Assembly (NCBI GenBank): GCA_963777605.1
Contig: CAVZRV010000011.1
Location: 320,001 to 384,000, forward strand
Direction: 5' to 3'
DNA: 64,000 nt
Source: an uncultured Acidobacteriota bacterium
GTDB lineage: Bacteria; Acidobacteriota; UBA6911; RPQK01; JAPXNP01
Every line of letters begins with the position of its first letter. Positions within the stretch are counted from its first letter, which is position 1. A program made the position numbers and the translations under genes. This document shows positions 39,171-51,068 of this stretch, piece by piece. The notes under the pieces were generated by a model. That model did no database searches. It was not told the origin of the DNA and was given only the letters and a program-made list of their open reading frames with translations.

Positions 39171-41525
39171 ATGAGCAAACTGATCTCGATCGCCCTCACC
39201 GCATCGGTTTGCCTGGCCGTGACTGCAGCCGGCGCCCAGGTTCCCTCCAACCAGGATCCGACATTTCTGGTCAAACCCAGGCTTTCCTTCGCGGCGTATC
39301 CATTTCCGCTCGAACAGGTCCGACTCCTGGACAGTCCCTTTCTCACCGCCGTCAAAGCGAACGCCGAATACCTCCTGAGGCTCGAACCGGACCGCCTCCT
39401 GCACAATTTCCGTGCCTTCTCCGGTCTCATGCCCAAAGGAGAAGTCTACGGTGGGTGGGAAAAGGACACCATTGCGGGCCACACCCTGGGACACTACCTG
39501 ACTGCCTGCTCGCTCATGTATGCCCAGACCGGGGATGCGCGCTTCCGTAAACGAGCAGGTTACATCGTGAGCGAGTTGATGGCATGTCAAAACGCCGGCG
39601 GCGACGGGTTTGTGGCAGGTTTTCCCCGGGGAAGAGAGGCCTTCGCAGAGATCAGGCGGGGAGAGATCCGATCCAAGGGATTCGACCTGAATGGGATCTG
39701 GGTTCCTCTTTACAACTGGCACAAGCTCCTCTCGGGACTCATGGACGCGGACCGGCTGTGCGAGAACCGCCAGGCTTTGGTCGTCGCCACAAAACTGGCC
39801 GATTTCATCGATGGCGTCTTCAACGACCTGAATGACGAGCAGGTACAGAAAGTCCTGGCCTGCGAGCACGGCGGGATCAACGAGTCGTTCGCCAACCTTT
39901 ACGCAATTACCGGCAAGACCCGCTACCTCGAACTCGCCGAACGGATCTACCACAAGGCGATCCTCGAACCGTTAGCTGCCCAACGGGACGAACTGGCCGG
40001 AAACCACGCGAACACCCAGATCCCCAAGGTGATCGGCGCTGCGCGCATTTACGAACTGACCCTCAGCGAACGATTTGGATCCATTCCCCGCTTCTTCTGG
40101 GACACCGTGACCCAGCATCACTCCTACGTGATCGGCGGCAATTCCGACCGGGAGTACTTTCAACCCCCCGACGTGATCAGCACGCACATCACCGAGCAGA
40201 CCTGCGAGAGCTGCAATACGTACAATATGTTGAAACTCACTCGCCACCTGTTCGCCTGGAGCGGTGATTCCCGTTACGCCGACTACTACGAACGGGCCCT
40301 CTACAATCACATCCTGGCCCACCAGAACCCCGAGACCGGAATGATGTGCTATATGGTCCCCCTGCGGACCGGAAGCGCCCGGGAATACAGTACGCCTTTC
40401 GACTCTTTCTGGTGCTGTGTGGGTTCGGGAATCGAGAATCACTCAAAGTACGGCGACAGCATCTACTTCAACGACGGCAGCAACGGCCTCTTCCTGAATC
40501 TCTTCATCCCCTCGGTCCTGAGCTGGCCTGAGAAAGGCGTGACGATTCGCCAGGAGACTCGATTCCCATTCAAAGGGCGGGTCCGTCTCAGGATAACCGC
40601 TTCCGAACCGGTGCCGCTGAGCATCCTGGTCCGCCACCCGGCCTGGGCCCGTGGCGACTGGTCTTTCCAGGTCAACGGTGAACCTGCGGCTCCGGATTCG
40701 AGCGATACCGGCTATTTCACAATCCAACGCGTTTGGCAAGATGGCGACAGCCTGGAATTCACAGTCCCGCTGACGCTCCACCTGGAGGCAGCTCCCGACA
40801 ACCAGGACAAAGTGGCTATTCTGTACGGGCCGATCGTCATGGCCGGTGATCTCGGTTCGGATCAGAAGGAATTCGATGGCGTCTTCCCTGCCCTGGTCTC
40901 GGAGAACCCCCTGAGTCAACTGGAACTGGTGGACCGGGACCAGCTGGAGTTCTCCACCAGAGACCTGGTCAGGCCTCGAGATTTGACCCTGCGCCCGTTC
41001 TTCGCCCTTTACGGCCGCCGCTACGCGGTCTACTGGGACAGGTTCACCCCAGACCAGTGGGAGCTTCACGAACAGGAGTATGCCGCCCACCAGAGCCGGC
41101 AGAGGGAAATCGACGCCCGCTCGGTGGACGTCATCCACCTGGGTGAAATGCAACCCGAACGGGACCACAATCTCCAGGCGGAGATCTCGTGGCCTTCCGC
41201 CTACCAGGGGGAGAAGGGCCGGGAAGCACGAAGTGGCGGTTTCTTCTCATTTGAAGCCCGAGTCCTGCCGGACCAGCCGATGGATCTGGTCGCCCGGTAT
41301 TGGGGGGAGGAACGCAACCGGTCGTTCGAGATCCTGGTCGATGGAACAGTGATTGCGGAAGAGTTCCTCGAAGGCGAACATCCCGGACAGTTCTTCGAGG
41401 TGACCTACCCCATTCCACAAGAACTGTCCCGCGGCAAGAACAGCGTGACGATCCGTTTCCAGCCGAGACAGGACAAGACCGCCGGACCCATCTTCGGTTG
41501 CCGAGTCATTCGGCGCGCCGAATGA
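39171..41525 (+). CDS. GH127/GH146 beta-L-arabinofuranosidase-like, secreted
   Basis: EPDRLL, YGGWE, GHTLGHYL, CEHGGINE, HANTQIPK, ESCNTYNMLKL, FWCCVGSGIE. Confidence 0.92.
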   Translation: MSKLISIALTASVCLAVTAAGAQVPSNQDPTFLVKPRLSFAAYPFPLEQVRLLDSPFLTAVKANAEYLLRLEPDRLLHNFRAFSGLMPKGEVYGGWEKDTIAGHTLGHYLTACSLMYAQTGDARFRKRAGYIVSELMACQNAGGDGFVAGFPRGREAFAEIRRGEIRSKGFDLNGIWVPLYNWHKLLSGLMDADRLCENRQALVVATKLADFIDGVFNDLNDEQVQKVLACEHGGINESFANLYAITGKTRYLELAERIYHKAILEPLAAQRDELAGNHANTQIPKVIGAARIYELTLSERFGSIPRFFWDTVTQHHSYVIGGNSDREYFQPPDVISTHITEQTCESCNTYNMLKLTRHLFAWSGDSRYADYYERALYNHILAHQNPETGMMCYMVPLRTGSAREYSTPFDSFWCCVGSGIENHSKYGDSIYFNDGSNGLFLNLFIPSVLSWPEKGVTIRQETRFPFKGRVRLRITASEPVPLSILVRHPAWARGDWSFQVNGEPAAPDSSDTGYFTIQRVWQDGDSLEFTVPLTLHLEAAPDNQDKVAILYGPIVMAGDLGSDQKEFDGVFPALVSENPLSQLELVDRDQLEFSTRDLVRPRDLTLRPFFALYGRRYAVYWDRFTPDQWELHEQEYAAHQSRQREIDARSVDVIHLGEMQPERDHNLQAEISWPSAYQGEKGREARSGGFFSFEARVLPDQPMDLVARYWGEERNRSFEILVDGTVIAEEFLEGEHPGQFFEVTYPIPQELSRGKNSVTIRFQPRQDKTAGPIFGCRVIRRAE

Positions 41526-41777
41526 CCTCAATTCAGCTGGAGCCCGGCGTGAGGCCCGACATCCTGCCGCACCGTGCCGCGGCACCCGGCGCAAGGAATC
41601 CGGGCACCGGGACGACCCGTTTCCCGGCCTGAAGCGCCTCCAGCACCCCGAGCGACAGTCACGGTGACAACTCGAGCCCCTCCTCGATCGACTGGACCGA
41701 AAGATGCGTTTCACGCATCGCCGGGTGTTCAAAATGGACACCCAAAATCGAACCAAAGAAGAACGAGGAGGTAGACC

Positions 41778-42416
41778 GTGGGACGATGGCACCTGATGAT
41801 CTTGCCGATGATTGTTGCTACCGGATTTTGTCTCGCCGGCGAAAGCGAGCCTCAAACGCCGCCGGAACATCGACCGGAATCCTGGGAGTACCGGGGTGAG
41901 GTGTTCGGAACGCTCGGATGGGGTAAGTTCTGGCACGGCGACGACGATCGGGGTTCAGGGACCTCGGTCGGCGGAGGTCTGGGATGGTGGCCGTTCAGAT
42001 CGCGACTCAGGGGATTGGGGATGGAGGTCGAACTCCGCCGACTCGGTTTCCGGACGCCGAAGGGACCCTACTCGACCGACGGCAACACCGTTTTGGCGAT
42101 GGCCAATGTCGTCTACCACTTCTGCAATCAGAGGGTCCAGCCATTCCTCAAAGGCGGAGCCGGTGTCGTCCGGTCGGACTACACGTCCCACTGGATCTCG
42201 GACTGGTTTGACGACCAGGGGATTCACCACATCGGCCCCGCGTTCGAACAGGTCCGAGCGTCCAAATTTGGGATCGACCTGGGGGCCGGCATAAATGCGG
42301 CTATCGGGCACAATTTCTCAATCCGGGGCGAAGTCCTGATCGTCGACACCACCCCGGGTGAGGGCTACAACTGGGGAGTCCTCCTCTTGAATACCGGGAT
42401 CGGCTACCACTGGTGA
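41778..42416 (+). CDS. small outer-membrane beta-barrel (OmpA/porin-like)
   Basis: SD GAGGAG; signal peptide; ANVVYHF, QPFLKGGAG, GIDLGAG, C-terminal GIGYHW. Confidence 0.8.
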   Translation: MGRWHLMILPMIVATGFCLAGESEPQTPPEHRPESWEYRGEVFGTLGWGKFWHGDDDRGSGTSVGGGLGWWPFRSRLRGLGMEVELRRLGFRTPKGPYSTDGNTVLAMANVVYHFCNQRVQPFLKGGAGVVRSDYTSHWISDWFDDQGIHHIGPAFEQVRASKFGIDLGAGINAAIGHNFSIRGEVLIVDTTPGEGYNWGVLLLNTGIGYHW

Positions 42417-42514
42417 TGAGACAAGAACGTTTGCCTCGACAGAAACTCAACTGAAAAATGACCGGGATTCCGTCCGGTTGTGATACTTTCGGCAAATACC
42501 GTACGGGGGCAACC

Positions 42515-43408
42515 ATGATTCGAGTATCCAGAAGAAACTTCCTCAAGAGTTCAGTCGGCGCGGGACTGGTGGCCGGCAGTGCTACAGGAGCAATCAGTGC
42601 GTCGAGTAGCCGGAAGACAGCGACCGACTGGGTGGAACTGGGTCAGTCAGGAGTGCAGGTGACCCGCCTTGCATTTGGAACCGGTACATTTTCCGGCAAG
42701 ATTCAGCGTGAACTGGGCCAGGACGGTTTCACCCGGCTGGTTCGTCATGCCTACGACCGAGGAATCCGTTTCTTCGAATCTGCTGACGGCTACGACCAAA
42801 TGCACGAAATGCTCGCGGCGGCACTCAAGGGAATCCCCCGGGATTCCTATCGTCTGATGACCAAAATCCGCTGGCAGAGTGACGAACGGCCCCAGGACGC
42901 GATCGATCGATTCAGGCGTGAGCTCAACACGGAATACTTCGACATCCTCCTCATGCATTGCCTTCGTCGTTCGGGATGGTCCGAAGATCTCCAACCCCTC
43001 CGCGATGAACTCTCCAGGGCCAAGGAGAAGAAGATCATTCTCTCCCACGGAGCATCGTGCCACGGGCTTCAGCCCCTGCGCGAATTCCCGGGAAACCGCT
43101 GGCTCGATGTGGCCCTGCTTCGGGTCAATCACAATGGGACTATCATGGATTCGCTGCGGGGTGATGGGAGCGAGAAGGGAGACGTTGACGAAGTCGTCGG
43201 ACACGTCTCCGAGTTGCACAGCCAGGGTACCGGCGTCATCGGAATGAAGATCATGGGTGAGGGACGATTCCAGGGCCCGGCCGATCGTGACGCGTCGGTC
43301 AAGTTCGTTTTCGGCCTGGGGACCGTCAACGCAGTGACCATCGGGTACAAGTCGCCCGCCGAAATCGACGAGGCAATCGAGTTGATCAATCGCCATCTGA
43401 AGGCCTGA
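42515..43408 (+). CDS. aldo/keto reductase with twin-arginine signal
   Basis: SRRNFLK; LGQSGVQVTRLAFGTG, GIRFFESADGY, MTK, LLMHC, GASCH, IGMK. Confidence 0.85.
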   Translation: MIRVSRRNFLKSSVGAGLVAGSATGAISASSSRKTATDWVELGQSGVQVTRLAFGTGTFSGKIQRELGQDGFTRLVRHAYDRGIRFFESADGYDQMHEMLAAALKGIPRDSYRLMTKIRWQSDERPQDAIDRFRRELNTEYFDILLMHCLRRSGWSEDLQPLRDELSRAKEKKIILSHGASCHGLQPLREFPGNRWLDVALLRVNHNGTIMDSLRGDGSEKGDVDEVVGHVSELHSQGTGVIGMKIMGEGRFQGPADRDASVKFVFGLGTVNAVTIGYKSPAEIDEAIELINRHLKA

Positions 43409-43440
43409 GCCAGCCCGGCAAAGTTCGCTCTTCAGTGTGG

Positions 43441-44109
43441 CTAGTTTTGACCGGGATCGTCAGGCCGCAGATGGGCGAACCGGGACACGAACTGCTTGTG
43501 AGCCAGCATCTGATCAAGGATTCCCACGAGTGCTTCGGCTCGAATCCGCACGTCATCGACCTCCAGGAGAACCTGCTTCTCACGGGGTGCGATTTCCAGC
43601 GATGAGCAGAGTGCGTTGACCAGGGTAACGAGGTCCGCCCGCAACAGGATTTCCAGTTCCGCCTGCGGAATGGTCTTCGCTCCAGCCAGCGCCCGGTAAC
43701 GACTGACTACGCGGGTGAGGAGCTTCCGGTCCTTCGGCAACTCGCTGTAGAGGTCATCAAGCAACTCAACCCGGGCTTTTCGATAGGGCTTTTCGGCAAG
43801 AAACTCCAGTATCCGAAACCGACTCAGCCCGTTGAGGACGATGTCGAAATCCCCGCTTTCCAGGCGCTGGAATTCGCTGATTCGGCCCAGGCCACCGACC
43901 AGGCAAACATCTCCCTCGACCGCGTTCACGCGCTCCCAACCGGAGCGCGCCAGGACCATGCCGATCCGCCCATTCCCCTCCATGACTTCCGAAACCATCT
44001 TCCGGTAGCGGGGTTCGAAGATGTGAAGCGGCAGGAGGGTCCGGGGAAAGAATACGACATCGGACAGTGGGAAGATCGGGATCTCGAGTTCGGTGCCCGC
44101 TTGATTCAT
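43441..44109 (-). CDS. LON peptidase substrate-binding (N-terminal) domain protein
   Basis: IPIFPL, FFPRTLLPLHIFEPRYRKMV, GLSRFRI, EKQVLLE. Confidence 0.92.
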   Translation of the reverse strand: MNQAGTELEIPIFPLSDVVFFPRTLLPLHIFEPRYRKMVSEVMEGNGRIGMVLARSGWERVNAVEGDVCLVGGLGRISEFQRLESGDFDIVLNGLSRFRILEFLAEKPYRKARVELLDDLYSELPKDRKLLTRVVSRYRALAGAKTIPQAELEILLRADLVTLVNALCSSLEIAPREKQVLLEVDDVRIRAEALVGILDQMLAHKQFVSRFAHLRPDDPGQN

Positions 44110-44155
44110 CTTCAGAAAACCACTCCTTTTCAGGCCTCGCCCGATTCAGAGGCCT

Positions 44156-45520
44156 CTACACGAGCGGAAACAGCGTGGACAGAAGCCAGGTCCACAGGAA
44201 GCCCGTAACCGCAACCACCGTCAGGAGCACCGTCCAAGTCTTCAACGTTTCGGACTCGCTCATCCCCGACATCTTCCCGACGATCCAGAACCCACTGTCA
44301 TTCATCCACGAAGTAGTCGTCGCCCCAAATCCGATCACGGCCACCAGGTAGACGGGGTGGAATCCAAGGTTTCCCGCCGCAACGGCAGGAGCGATGATCC
44401 CGGCGGAGGTAATCATGGCCACCGTGGCCGATCCCTGCGCAATCCGGATCAGCGCCGCGCACGCAAAAGCCAGGAACAAGAGGGAAAATCCCCAGTTTCT
44501 GGCTGCTGCCGCGATCACTTCTCCGAGTCCGGACTGGGTGAGCACTTGCCCGAATGCCCCCCCGGCACAGGTGATGAACGCAATGCTCGTCCCTGAAACT
44601 ACCGCCGGTTCCAGTGATTCGGCTATCTTCCAGAGCGGTTGCCGGGTTGCCGAGGTCACCAGAAAGATCGAGAGGAGCGCGCCGACGAGAAAGGCGACGT
44701 CCTTGTCGCCCAGAATTTGAACCCAGTTCACCAGCTGTCCCTTTGGATCCAGGAAGACCGGCAGGATCGAACCTCCGGCGATCAGGAATACCGGCACCAG
44801 GACCGGAGCCAGCGACGCACCCAAGGAAGGTAGTTCGGTGATCGGACGATGGGCCAGCCGTTCCATCTCCTCCATCGAGACACCGTAGACTTCACGCGGC
44901 TCAATGATCAGTCTTCGATTGATGAAGTGGGCGTAACCAATCCCCCCAACCAGTGCCGGGACGATAGCCAGAACGGTTCCCATCAGAAAGGTGATCCCGA
45001 TCGGGACTCCCAGAGTCTCCGATACCAACAGCGGGCCCGGGGTCGGCGGCACCAGGGCATGGGTGATCGCCCCGCCGGCAGCAGCCGCGCAGATCATCAG
45101 CGCATAGTCTCGCTTGCGGCGCGCGTAGGCTGCCCTCACCAGGGGAGCCAGGAGGTAGAAGACCGTGTCGAAGAAGACCGGCATGGAGAGAACGAACCCG
45201 CTGAACAGAAACGAGAAGTGTTCCTTCCCCTCCCCGAAAAGACGGGTGAAGGCCCGAATAATCCGGTCGGCGGCGCCACTGTCGACAAGACACTTGCCCA
45301 CGACCGACGCCAGAACGAGGAGAATCCCGATCTTCCCCATGATCCCAGCGAAGCCGCTACTCACCGTGGAGACCGCGTCACCAGCCGGAATTTGGTCGGA
45401 CGCAAACGCACACAACAGGGAGGAAAAGAGAAGGACCAGAAAAGGGTGGAAGCGGAAGTAGATCAGCAGGACGATGATCGTCCCCACGCCCAGGATCAGA
45501 CACCAGACGGGACCTAGCAA
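44156..45520 (-). CDS. GntP-family gluconate:H+ symporter-like permease
   Basis: SGAADRI, PVFFDTVF, HALVPPTPGP, AGGAFG, RIAQGSATVA, SWMNDSGFW. Confidence 0.93.
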   Translation of the reverse strand: MLGPVWCLILGVGTIIVLLIYFRFHPFLVLLFSSLLCAFASDQIPAGDAVSTVSSGFAGIMGKIGILLVLASVVGKCLVDSGAADRIIRAFTRLFGEGKEHFSFLFSGFVLSMPVFFDTVFYLLAPLVRAAYARRKRDYALMICAAAAGGAITHALVPPTPGPLLVSETLGVPIGITFLMGTVLAIVPALVGGIGYAHFINRRLIIEPREVYGVSMEEMERLAHRPITELPSLGASLAPVLVPVFLIAGGSILPVFLDPKGQLVNWVQILGDKDVAFLVGALLSIFLVTSATRQPLWKIAESLEPAVVSGTSIAFITCAGGAFGQVLTQSGLGEVIAAAARNWGFSLLFLAFACAALIRIAQGSATVAMITSAGIIAPAVAAGNLGFHPVYLVAVIGFGATTTSWMNDSGFWIVGKMSGMSESETLKTWTVLLTVVAVTGFLWTWLLSTLFPLV

Positions 45521-45589
45521 CGGCTTGCCAACTCCTCTCCCCCACTGTCCGGTACTCCCGAACCGGACGTCACTTGGTTAGTGCCGACA

Positions 45590-45615
45590 GGCCGGGCCGA
45601 TTCTCCGGCCCGGCC
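45590..45615. terminator. perfect 10-bp GC hairpin after acnA
   Basis: GGCCGGGCCG-attctc-CGGCCCGGCC; no U-tract. Confidence 0.45.
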
Positions 45616-45635
45616 CACCCGAGATATTCAAGTCT

Positions 45636-48360
45636 CTAGTTCTTGAGTAGAGATCGCAATACGTAGTGCAAAATTCCCCCGTTGCGGTAATAGTGGACTT
45701 CGTTCGGAGTGTCAACCCTGGCGATGGCGGTGAACTCCTTGCTTTCACCATTCGGGGAGACGGCACGGACCTGCAGGCGGGAACCGGGCTTCAGCCCATC
45801 CGTGAGGCCGGCCAAATCGAAGGTCTCCTCTCCGGTCAAGCCAAGGCTTTCGGCGCTTTCGCCGGCCTCGAACTGGAGCGGCAGAACTCCCATTCCAATC
45901 AGGTTGCTGCGGTGAATCCGCTCATAGCTTTCGGCCAGCACAGCCTGGACACCTAGCAACCGGGTGCCCTTGGCAGCCCAGTCACGTGAAGATCCCGAAC
46001 CGTACTCTTTTCCAGCCAGGATCAGCAGAGGAGTTCCCTCCTCCTCGTACTTGACGGCCGCATCGTAGATCGAAAGAGGCTCAGCGGACGAAGGGTGCTT
46101 CGAGTAGCCACCCTCCACGCCGGGAACGAGCTTGTTCCGAAGCCGAATGTTGGCAAAGGTGCCGCGCATCATCACCTCATGATTTCCCCGCCGGGAACCG
46201 TAGGAATTGAAGTCGCGGGGCTCCACCCCGTTCTCCACCAGATAGCGTCCGGCCGGGCTGTCCACCGCGATCGAGCCGGCGGGTGAGATGTGGTCGGTCG
46301 TCACCGAGTCCCCGAGATAGGCTAGTACGCGCATGCCGTTGATTGGCTGCAAGCTGTCCGGCTGCGGCGACATGTCGTCGAAGAAGGTCGGTCGCCGGAT
46401 GTAGGTCGAAGCGGGCTCCCAGCCATATCGGTCACCTTCGGGCACCGGCAACGCCCGCCACTGTTCGTCACCTGAGAAGACGTCAGCGTACTTCTCGGCG
46501 AACATCTCCCGCTTGACCGAGGATTGCACAGTCGAGCGGATCTCCTCCAGGCTCGGCCAGAGGTCCTTCAGAAAGACGTCGCCTCCCGACGGATCCTGCC
46601 CGATCGGTTCGTTGTAGAGATCGATGTCCATTCGCCCCGCCAGCGCATAGGCAACGACGAGGGGCGGTGACGCCAGGTAGTTGGCGCGCACGTCGGGGTT
46701 GATTCTGCCTTCGAAGTTCCGGTTCCCGGATAGCACCGAGCAGGCCACCAGGTTGTTCTCCTTGATCGCCTTCGAGATCTCAGTCGGAAGGGGCCCGCTG
46801 TTCCCGATACAGGTCGTACAGCCGTACCCAACCAGGTTGAATCCCAGTTCATCGAGATACCGATCCAGCCCCGACTCGGACAGGTATCGAGTGACTACCT
46901 GGGATCCCGGGGCCAGGCTGGTCTTCACCCACGGCTTCCGGCGCAAGCCTCGTTTGACTGCATTGCGGGCGAGTAGTCCCGCGGAAAGCAACACGGTGGG
47001 GTTGGATGTGTTGGTACAGCTGGTGATCGCCGCGATGACGACGGCGCCGTCGAAGAGAGTGAACTTCTCGGTCTCGCCGGACTCCTCGTCGCTCAAGGTG
47101 ACTTCCGGTCGAGGCAGAGCCTTCGGGTCCCGTTTCAATGTTTCCAGCATGCTGCCCGAGGGTGGACTCGAACGACGGTCGGGATTCCTTGAGCAGGATG
47201 CGATCCTGGGGACGCTTGGGACCCGCGATGCAGGGTTCGACGTCCGCAAGGTCGAGTTCAAGCGTGTCGGTGAAGATGGGCTCCGGGCTGTCCGCAGTAT
47301 GAAAGAGGGCCTGGGCCTGGGCATAGGCCTCGACCAATTCCACGGTCTCTTCCTTCCGAGCCGTGAAACGGAGGTAGTCCAGGGTTTCCTGGTCGATGGG
47401 GAAAATGGCACAGGTTGCTCCGTACTCGGGAGACATGTTTCCGAGCGTTGCCCGGTCGGCCAGGGTAAGGTTGGAAATTCCGGGACCGAAAAACTCGACG
47501 AACTTGCCTACAACGCCTTTCTTCCTCAGCATCTCGGTGATCGTCAGGACCAGGTCGGTCGCCGTTGCACCCTCGGGCAGTGTGCCGTTGAGCTTGAACC
47601 CGACAACATCGGGAATCAGGAGGCTGATCGGCTGGCCCAACATGGCCGCTTCCGCTTCGATTCCTCCGACTCCCCAGCCGAGAACGCCGAGTCCGTTAAT
47701 CATGGTCGTGTGGCTGTCGGTCCCCACCAGGGTATCGGGATAGGCCACCGCGACGCCGTCGTGCTCCCTGGTGTAGACAACGCTGGCCAGGTACTCCAGG
47801 TTAACCTGGTGGACGATTCCCGTTGCGGGCGGGACCACGCGGAAATTGTCGAACGCCGACTGCCCCCAGCGGAGAAACTCGTACCGCTCGCGATTCCGCT
47901 CGAATTCCCTCCCCACATTGAAGAGGAAGGACGATCTCCGGCCGAATGAATCAACCTGCACCGAGTGATCGATGACCAGGTCAGCCTGGACCAGGGGATT
48001 AATCTTTGACGGGGCGCCGCCCAGTTCGGACATCGCGTCCCGCATGACCGCGAGGTCAACAATGGCGGGCACTCCGGTGAAGTCCTGAAGGACTACCCGG
48101 GCAGGACTGAAGGCAATTTCCTGGTCCGACTTCTTGGAAGGATCCCAGTTCGCCAGTGCAACGATGTCCTCTTTCGACACTGCGCTGCCGTCCTCATTCC
48201 GAAGGAGATTCTCCAGGAGAACCTTGAGCGAGAAGGGCAATCGATTCACCCCGGGATACCCCTTCTCGGCCAACTTGCCCAGATTGTAGTAGACATAATC
48301 CCGTCCGCCGACGGTCAAGCTGCTGCGGACACCAAAACTGTCCACGCTGTCGTGTGCCAT
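45636..48360 (-). CDS. acnA: aconitate hydratase A, +1 frameshift at ~47155-47157
   Basis: [80 protein letters not shown]. Confidence 0.95.
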
Positions 48361-48431
48361 CGTTCCTGCTCCGATCCTTGTATTAGTTGCTGTCAACGTC
48401 CGGACTCTGCGCCGGACCGGTTTCAATCTTC

Positions 48432-49838
48432 CTACTTGCGGAATATGTGGGTGGCGTGCCCGAGAAAGACCTCGGCGGCCTCTCCCACCGTTTCCGAGAG
48501 GGTGGGATGAGTGTGGATAGTCAGGGCGAGATCTTCCGCCACCGCTGCCATTTCGATAGCCAGTGTCCCCTCGGCGATCAACTCGCCGGCATTGGGCCCA
48601 ACGATCCCAACGCCAAGGATTCGGCCCGATTTCGGTTCCAATATCATCTTTGTCAGACCTTCGGTTCGCCCGAGAGTGAGGGCCCGGCCCGATGCCGCCC
48701 ACGGGAACCGGACGACTTTCACGTCGAGTTCCTTCTCTTTGGCCTCAGTTTCCGTCAGACCCGCCCAGGCCACCTCGGGATTGGTGAAAACAACGGCCGG
48801 AATCGCCCGGTTGTCGAAGATCGACTTCTGCCCTGCGAGGACTTCGGCAGCCACCTTTCCCTCTCGCATCCCCTTGTGGGCCAACATCGGCTGACCGGCG
48901 ACATCCCCGATTGCGAAGATGTGCTCCTCCGCCGTCCGGCACTGTCGATCGATCTCGATAAAGCCGCCCTTCCCGACTTTGACACCGGTGTTTTCGAGAC
49001 CGATATTCTCGGAATTCGGCTTGCGCCCAACCGATACGAGGACCCGATCGAAAACCTGGGTTCCTTCGTATGCCCCGGCGAAGTCAACCGAAAGCCCTTT
49101 CTTGCTCTCCTTGATGCCGGTGACCCGGGTTTTCAGGTGAATCGCCTCGAAAAGTCCCGCGACTCGCTTCGCGAGCGGGCGGACCAGGTCGCGATCGGCG
49201 CCGGGCAGGAGACCGTCGAGCAACTCCACCACCGTCACCTTGGAACCCAGGGTCGCGTAAACGGTGCCGAGCTCCAGCCCGATGTACCCGCCTCCTACGA
49301 CCAACAATGACTTGGGAATCTCGGCCAGTGCGAGCGCACCGGTCGAATCCATCAGGCGCTCGCTCTCCAATTCGATGCCCGGCACCCCGCTCGGTCTCGA
49401 TCCGGTCGCGATGATGGCTCGCTTGAAACCGACCGACTCGACGTCACCCCCCTCGATCTTGAGGCTGTGCGAGTCGACGAACGAGGCCCTTCCCTGGATA
49501 AAAGTCACCCCTCGGGCCTTGGCGAGTTGAGCCAGTCCCCCGGTCAGTTGGGCGACCACCTTGTCTTTCCAGCTTCTCAGCTTGTCGAGATCGATTTTCG
49601 GCTGGCTGAACGAAATGCCGAATTCGCCAACTGCCTCGGCTTCATCAATGACCTGGGCTGCGTGCAGGAGTGCCTTGGAGGGAATACACCCAATGTTCAG
49701 GCAGACTCCGCCCGGTTTGTCACGGGTGTCGATCATGGTGACCTCCAGGCCGAGGTCGGCAGCGTGAAAAGCCGCCGCGTAACCCCCGGGGCCCCCGCCA
49801 ATCACCACAACATCAGTCTTATGTCTGGAACCAGCCAT
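48432..49838 (-). CDS. lpdA: dihydrolipoyl dehydrogenase
   Basis: [49 protein letters not shown]. Confidence 0.96.
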   Translation of the reverse strand: MAGSRHKTDVVVIGGGPGGYAAAFHAADLGLEVTMIDTRDKPGGVCLNIGCIPSKALLHAAQVIDEAEAVGEFGISFSQPKIDLDKLRSWKDKVVAQLTGGLAQLAKARGVTFIQGRASFVDSHSLKIEGGDVESVGFKRAIIATGSRPSGVPGIELESERLMDSTGALALAEIPKSLLVVGGGYIGLELGTVYATLGSKVTVVELLDGLLPGADRDLVRPLAKRVAGLFEAIHLKTRVTGIKESKKGLSVDFAGAYEGTQVFDRVLVSVGRKPNSENIGLENTGVKVGKGGFIEIDRQCRTAEEHIFAIGDVAGQPMLAHKGMREGKVAAEVLAGQKSIFDNRAIPAVVFTNPEVAWAGLTETEAKEKELDVKVVRFPWAASGRALTLGRTEGLTKMILEPKSGRILGVGIVGPNAGELIAEGTLAIEMAAVAEDLALTIHTHPTLSETVGEAAEVFLGHATHIFRK

Positions 49839-50273
49839 GCTCAAAATCTCCCTCTTTACACAACTCGGGTTGGTGAGCGAATGCACGCGGAACCACAAGT
49901 GTATTACATCAACGGAATCGTTGCCACGACCCGGACGGACTTGGGGTCCAGGGGTTTCGAGGTTCGGATAACAGGCCGGGACGGAGGCATCGAAACGCGA
50001 ATCGAGAAGCATGAATCGGGAAGCATCAGGGATAGATCGGAACTGGCGATCTCAAGACGCCGGATCAGTCTCGTGGAATTCGTTCGGATTTCCACGGAGT
50101 GCAACGAACCAGGTTCTCACTTTGGCTACAGAACCGCCGGGTGGGCACTGGTTTGCGCTGCAGCCGAAAAGCAGGCTTCGGGCCTGGTGTTTTCGTAAAG
50201 GATCTTGAATCCAGTCTATCCTCAAAAGCCGTTCTCGAACCGTCACGGGCCTGTGGTCTAATGAAGTGCAATC

Positions 50274-51068
50274 ATGCAGCCTTACCTTGAACTTCTTGAG
50301 ACGGTTTTGTCCAAAGGCTCCCGTAAGGCTGACCGGACCGGGACTGGAACCTTGAGCGTCTTCGGGGAGCAGACCCGTTACGATCTCGCCGACGGGTTTC
50401 CGCTTCTGACTACCAAGAAGCTGCACACGCGCTCGATCATTTACGAGCTTCTCTGGTTTCTCGCCGGACAGACCAATATCTGCTACCTCAACGAGAACGG
50501 GGTTTCCATATGGGACGAATGGGCCGATGACGAGGGGGAATTGGGCCCGATCTACGGCCGCCAGTGGAGAGCCTGGCCCGGGCCCGAAGGGCGAACCTAC
50601 GATCAGATTAGTGACGTCATCGAAGAGATCCGTCGGAACCCGGATTCCCGTCGGCTGATCGTTTCGGCCTGGAATGTGGCCGAGGTGCCAAGAATGGCCC
50701 TGGCTCCCTGCCACACGCTTTTTCAGTTCTATGTGGCCGATGGAAGACTCTCGTGCCAACTTTACCAGCGCAGCGCGGACCTCTTCCTGGGAGTCCCTTT
50801 CAACATTGCCTCCTATGCCCTGCTGACGCTCATGGTGGCCCAGGTCTGCCGACTTCAGCCGGGGACCTTCGTCCACACTTTTGGCGACGTCCACCTGTAC
50901 CTGAATCATCTCGAGCAGGCCCGGCTTCAACTGACCCGTCAACCCCGGCCACTCCCCCGCATGGTACTCAACCCGGGGGTCCGGTCCATTTTCGATTTCA
51001 GGTACGAAGATTTCACCCTCGAGGGGTACGACCCGCACCCTCACATCAAGGCACCCATCGCCGTATGA
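50274..51068 (+). CDS. thyA: thymidylate synthase
   Basis: DRTGTGT, FPLLTTK, ELLWF, LGPIYG, SRR, LAPCH, YQRSAD, PFNIASY, HLYLNH. Confidence 0.97.
   Translation: MQPYLELLETVLSKGSRKADRTGTGTLSVFGEQTRYDLADGFPLLTTKKLHTRSIIYELLWFLAGQTNICYLNENGVSIWDEWADDEGELGPIYGRQWRAWPGPEGRTYDQISDVIEEIRRNPDSRRLIVSAWNVAEVPRMALAPCHTLFQFYVADGRLSCQLYQRSADLFLGVPFNIASYALLTLMVAQVCRLQPGTFVHTFGDVHLYLNHLEQARLQLTRQPRPLPRMVLNPGVRSIFDFRYEDFTLEGYDPHPHIKAPIAV

Noticed and set aside
49840-50273. Possible ncRNA or folate riboswitch in the lpdA-thyA intergenic region
   Set aside because: Only a short CGTGGAA/TTCCACG hairpin; no recognisable riboswitch consensus.
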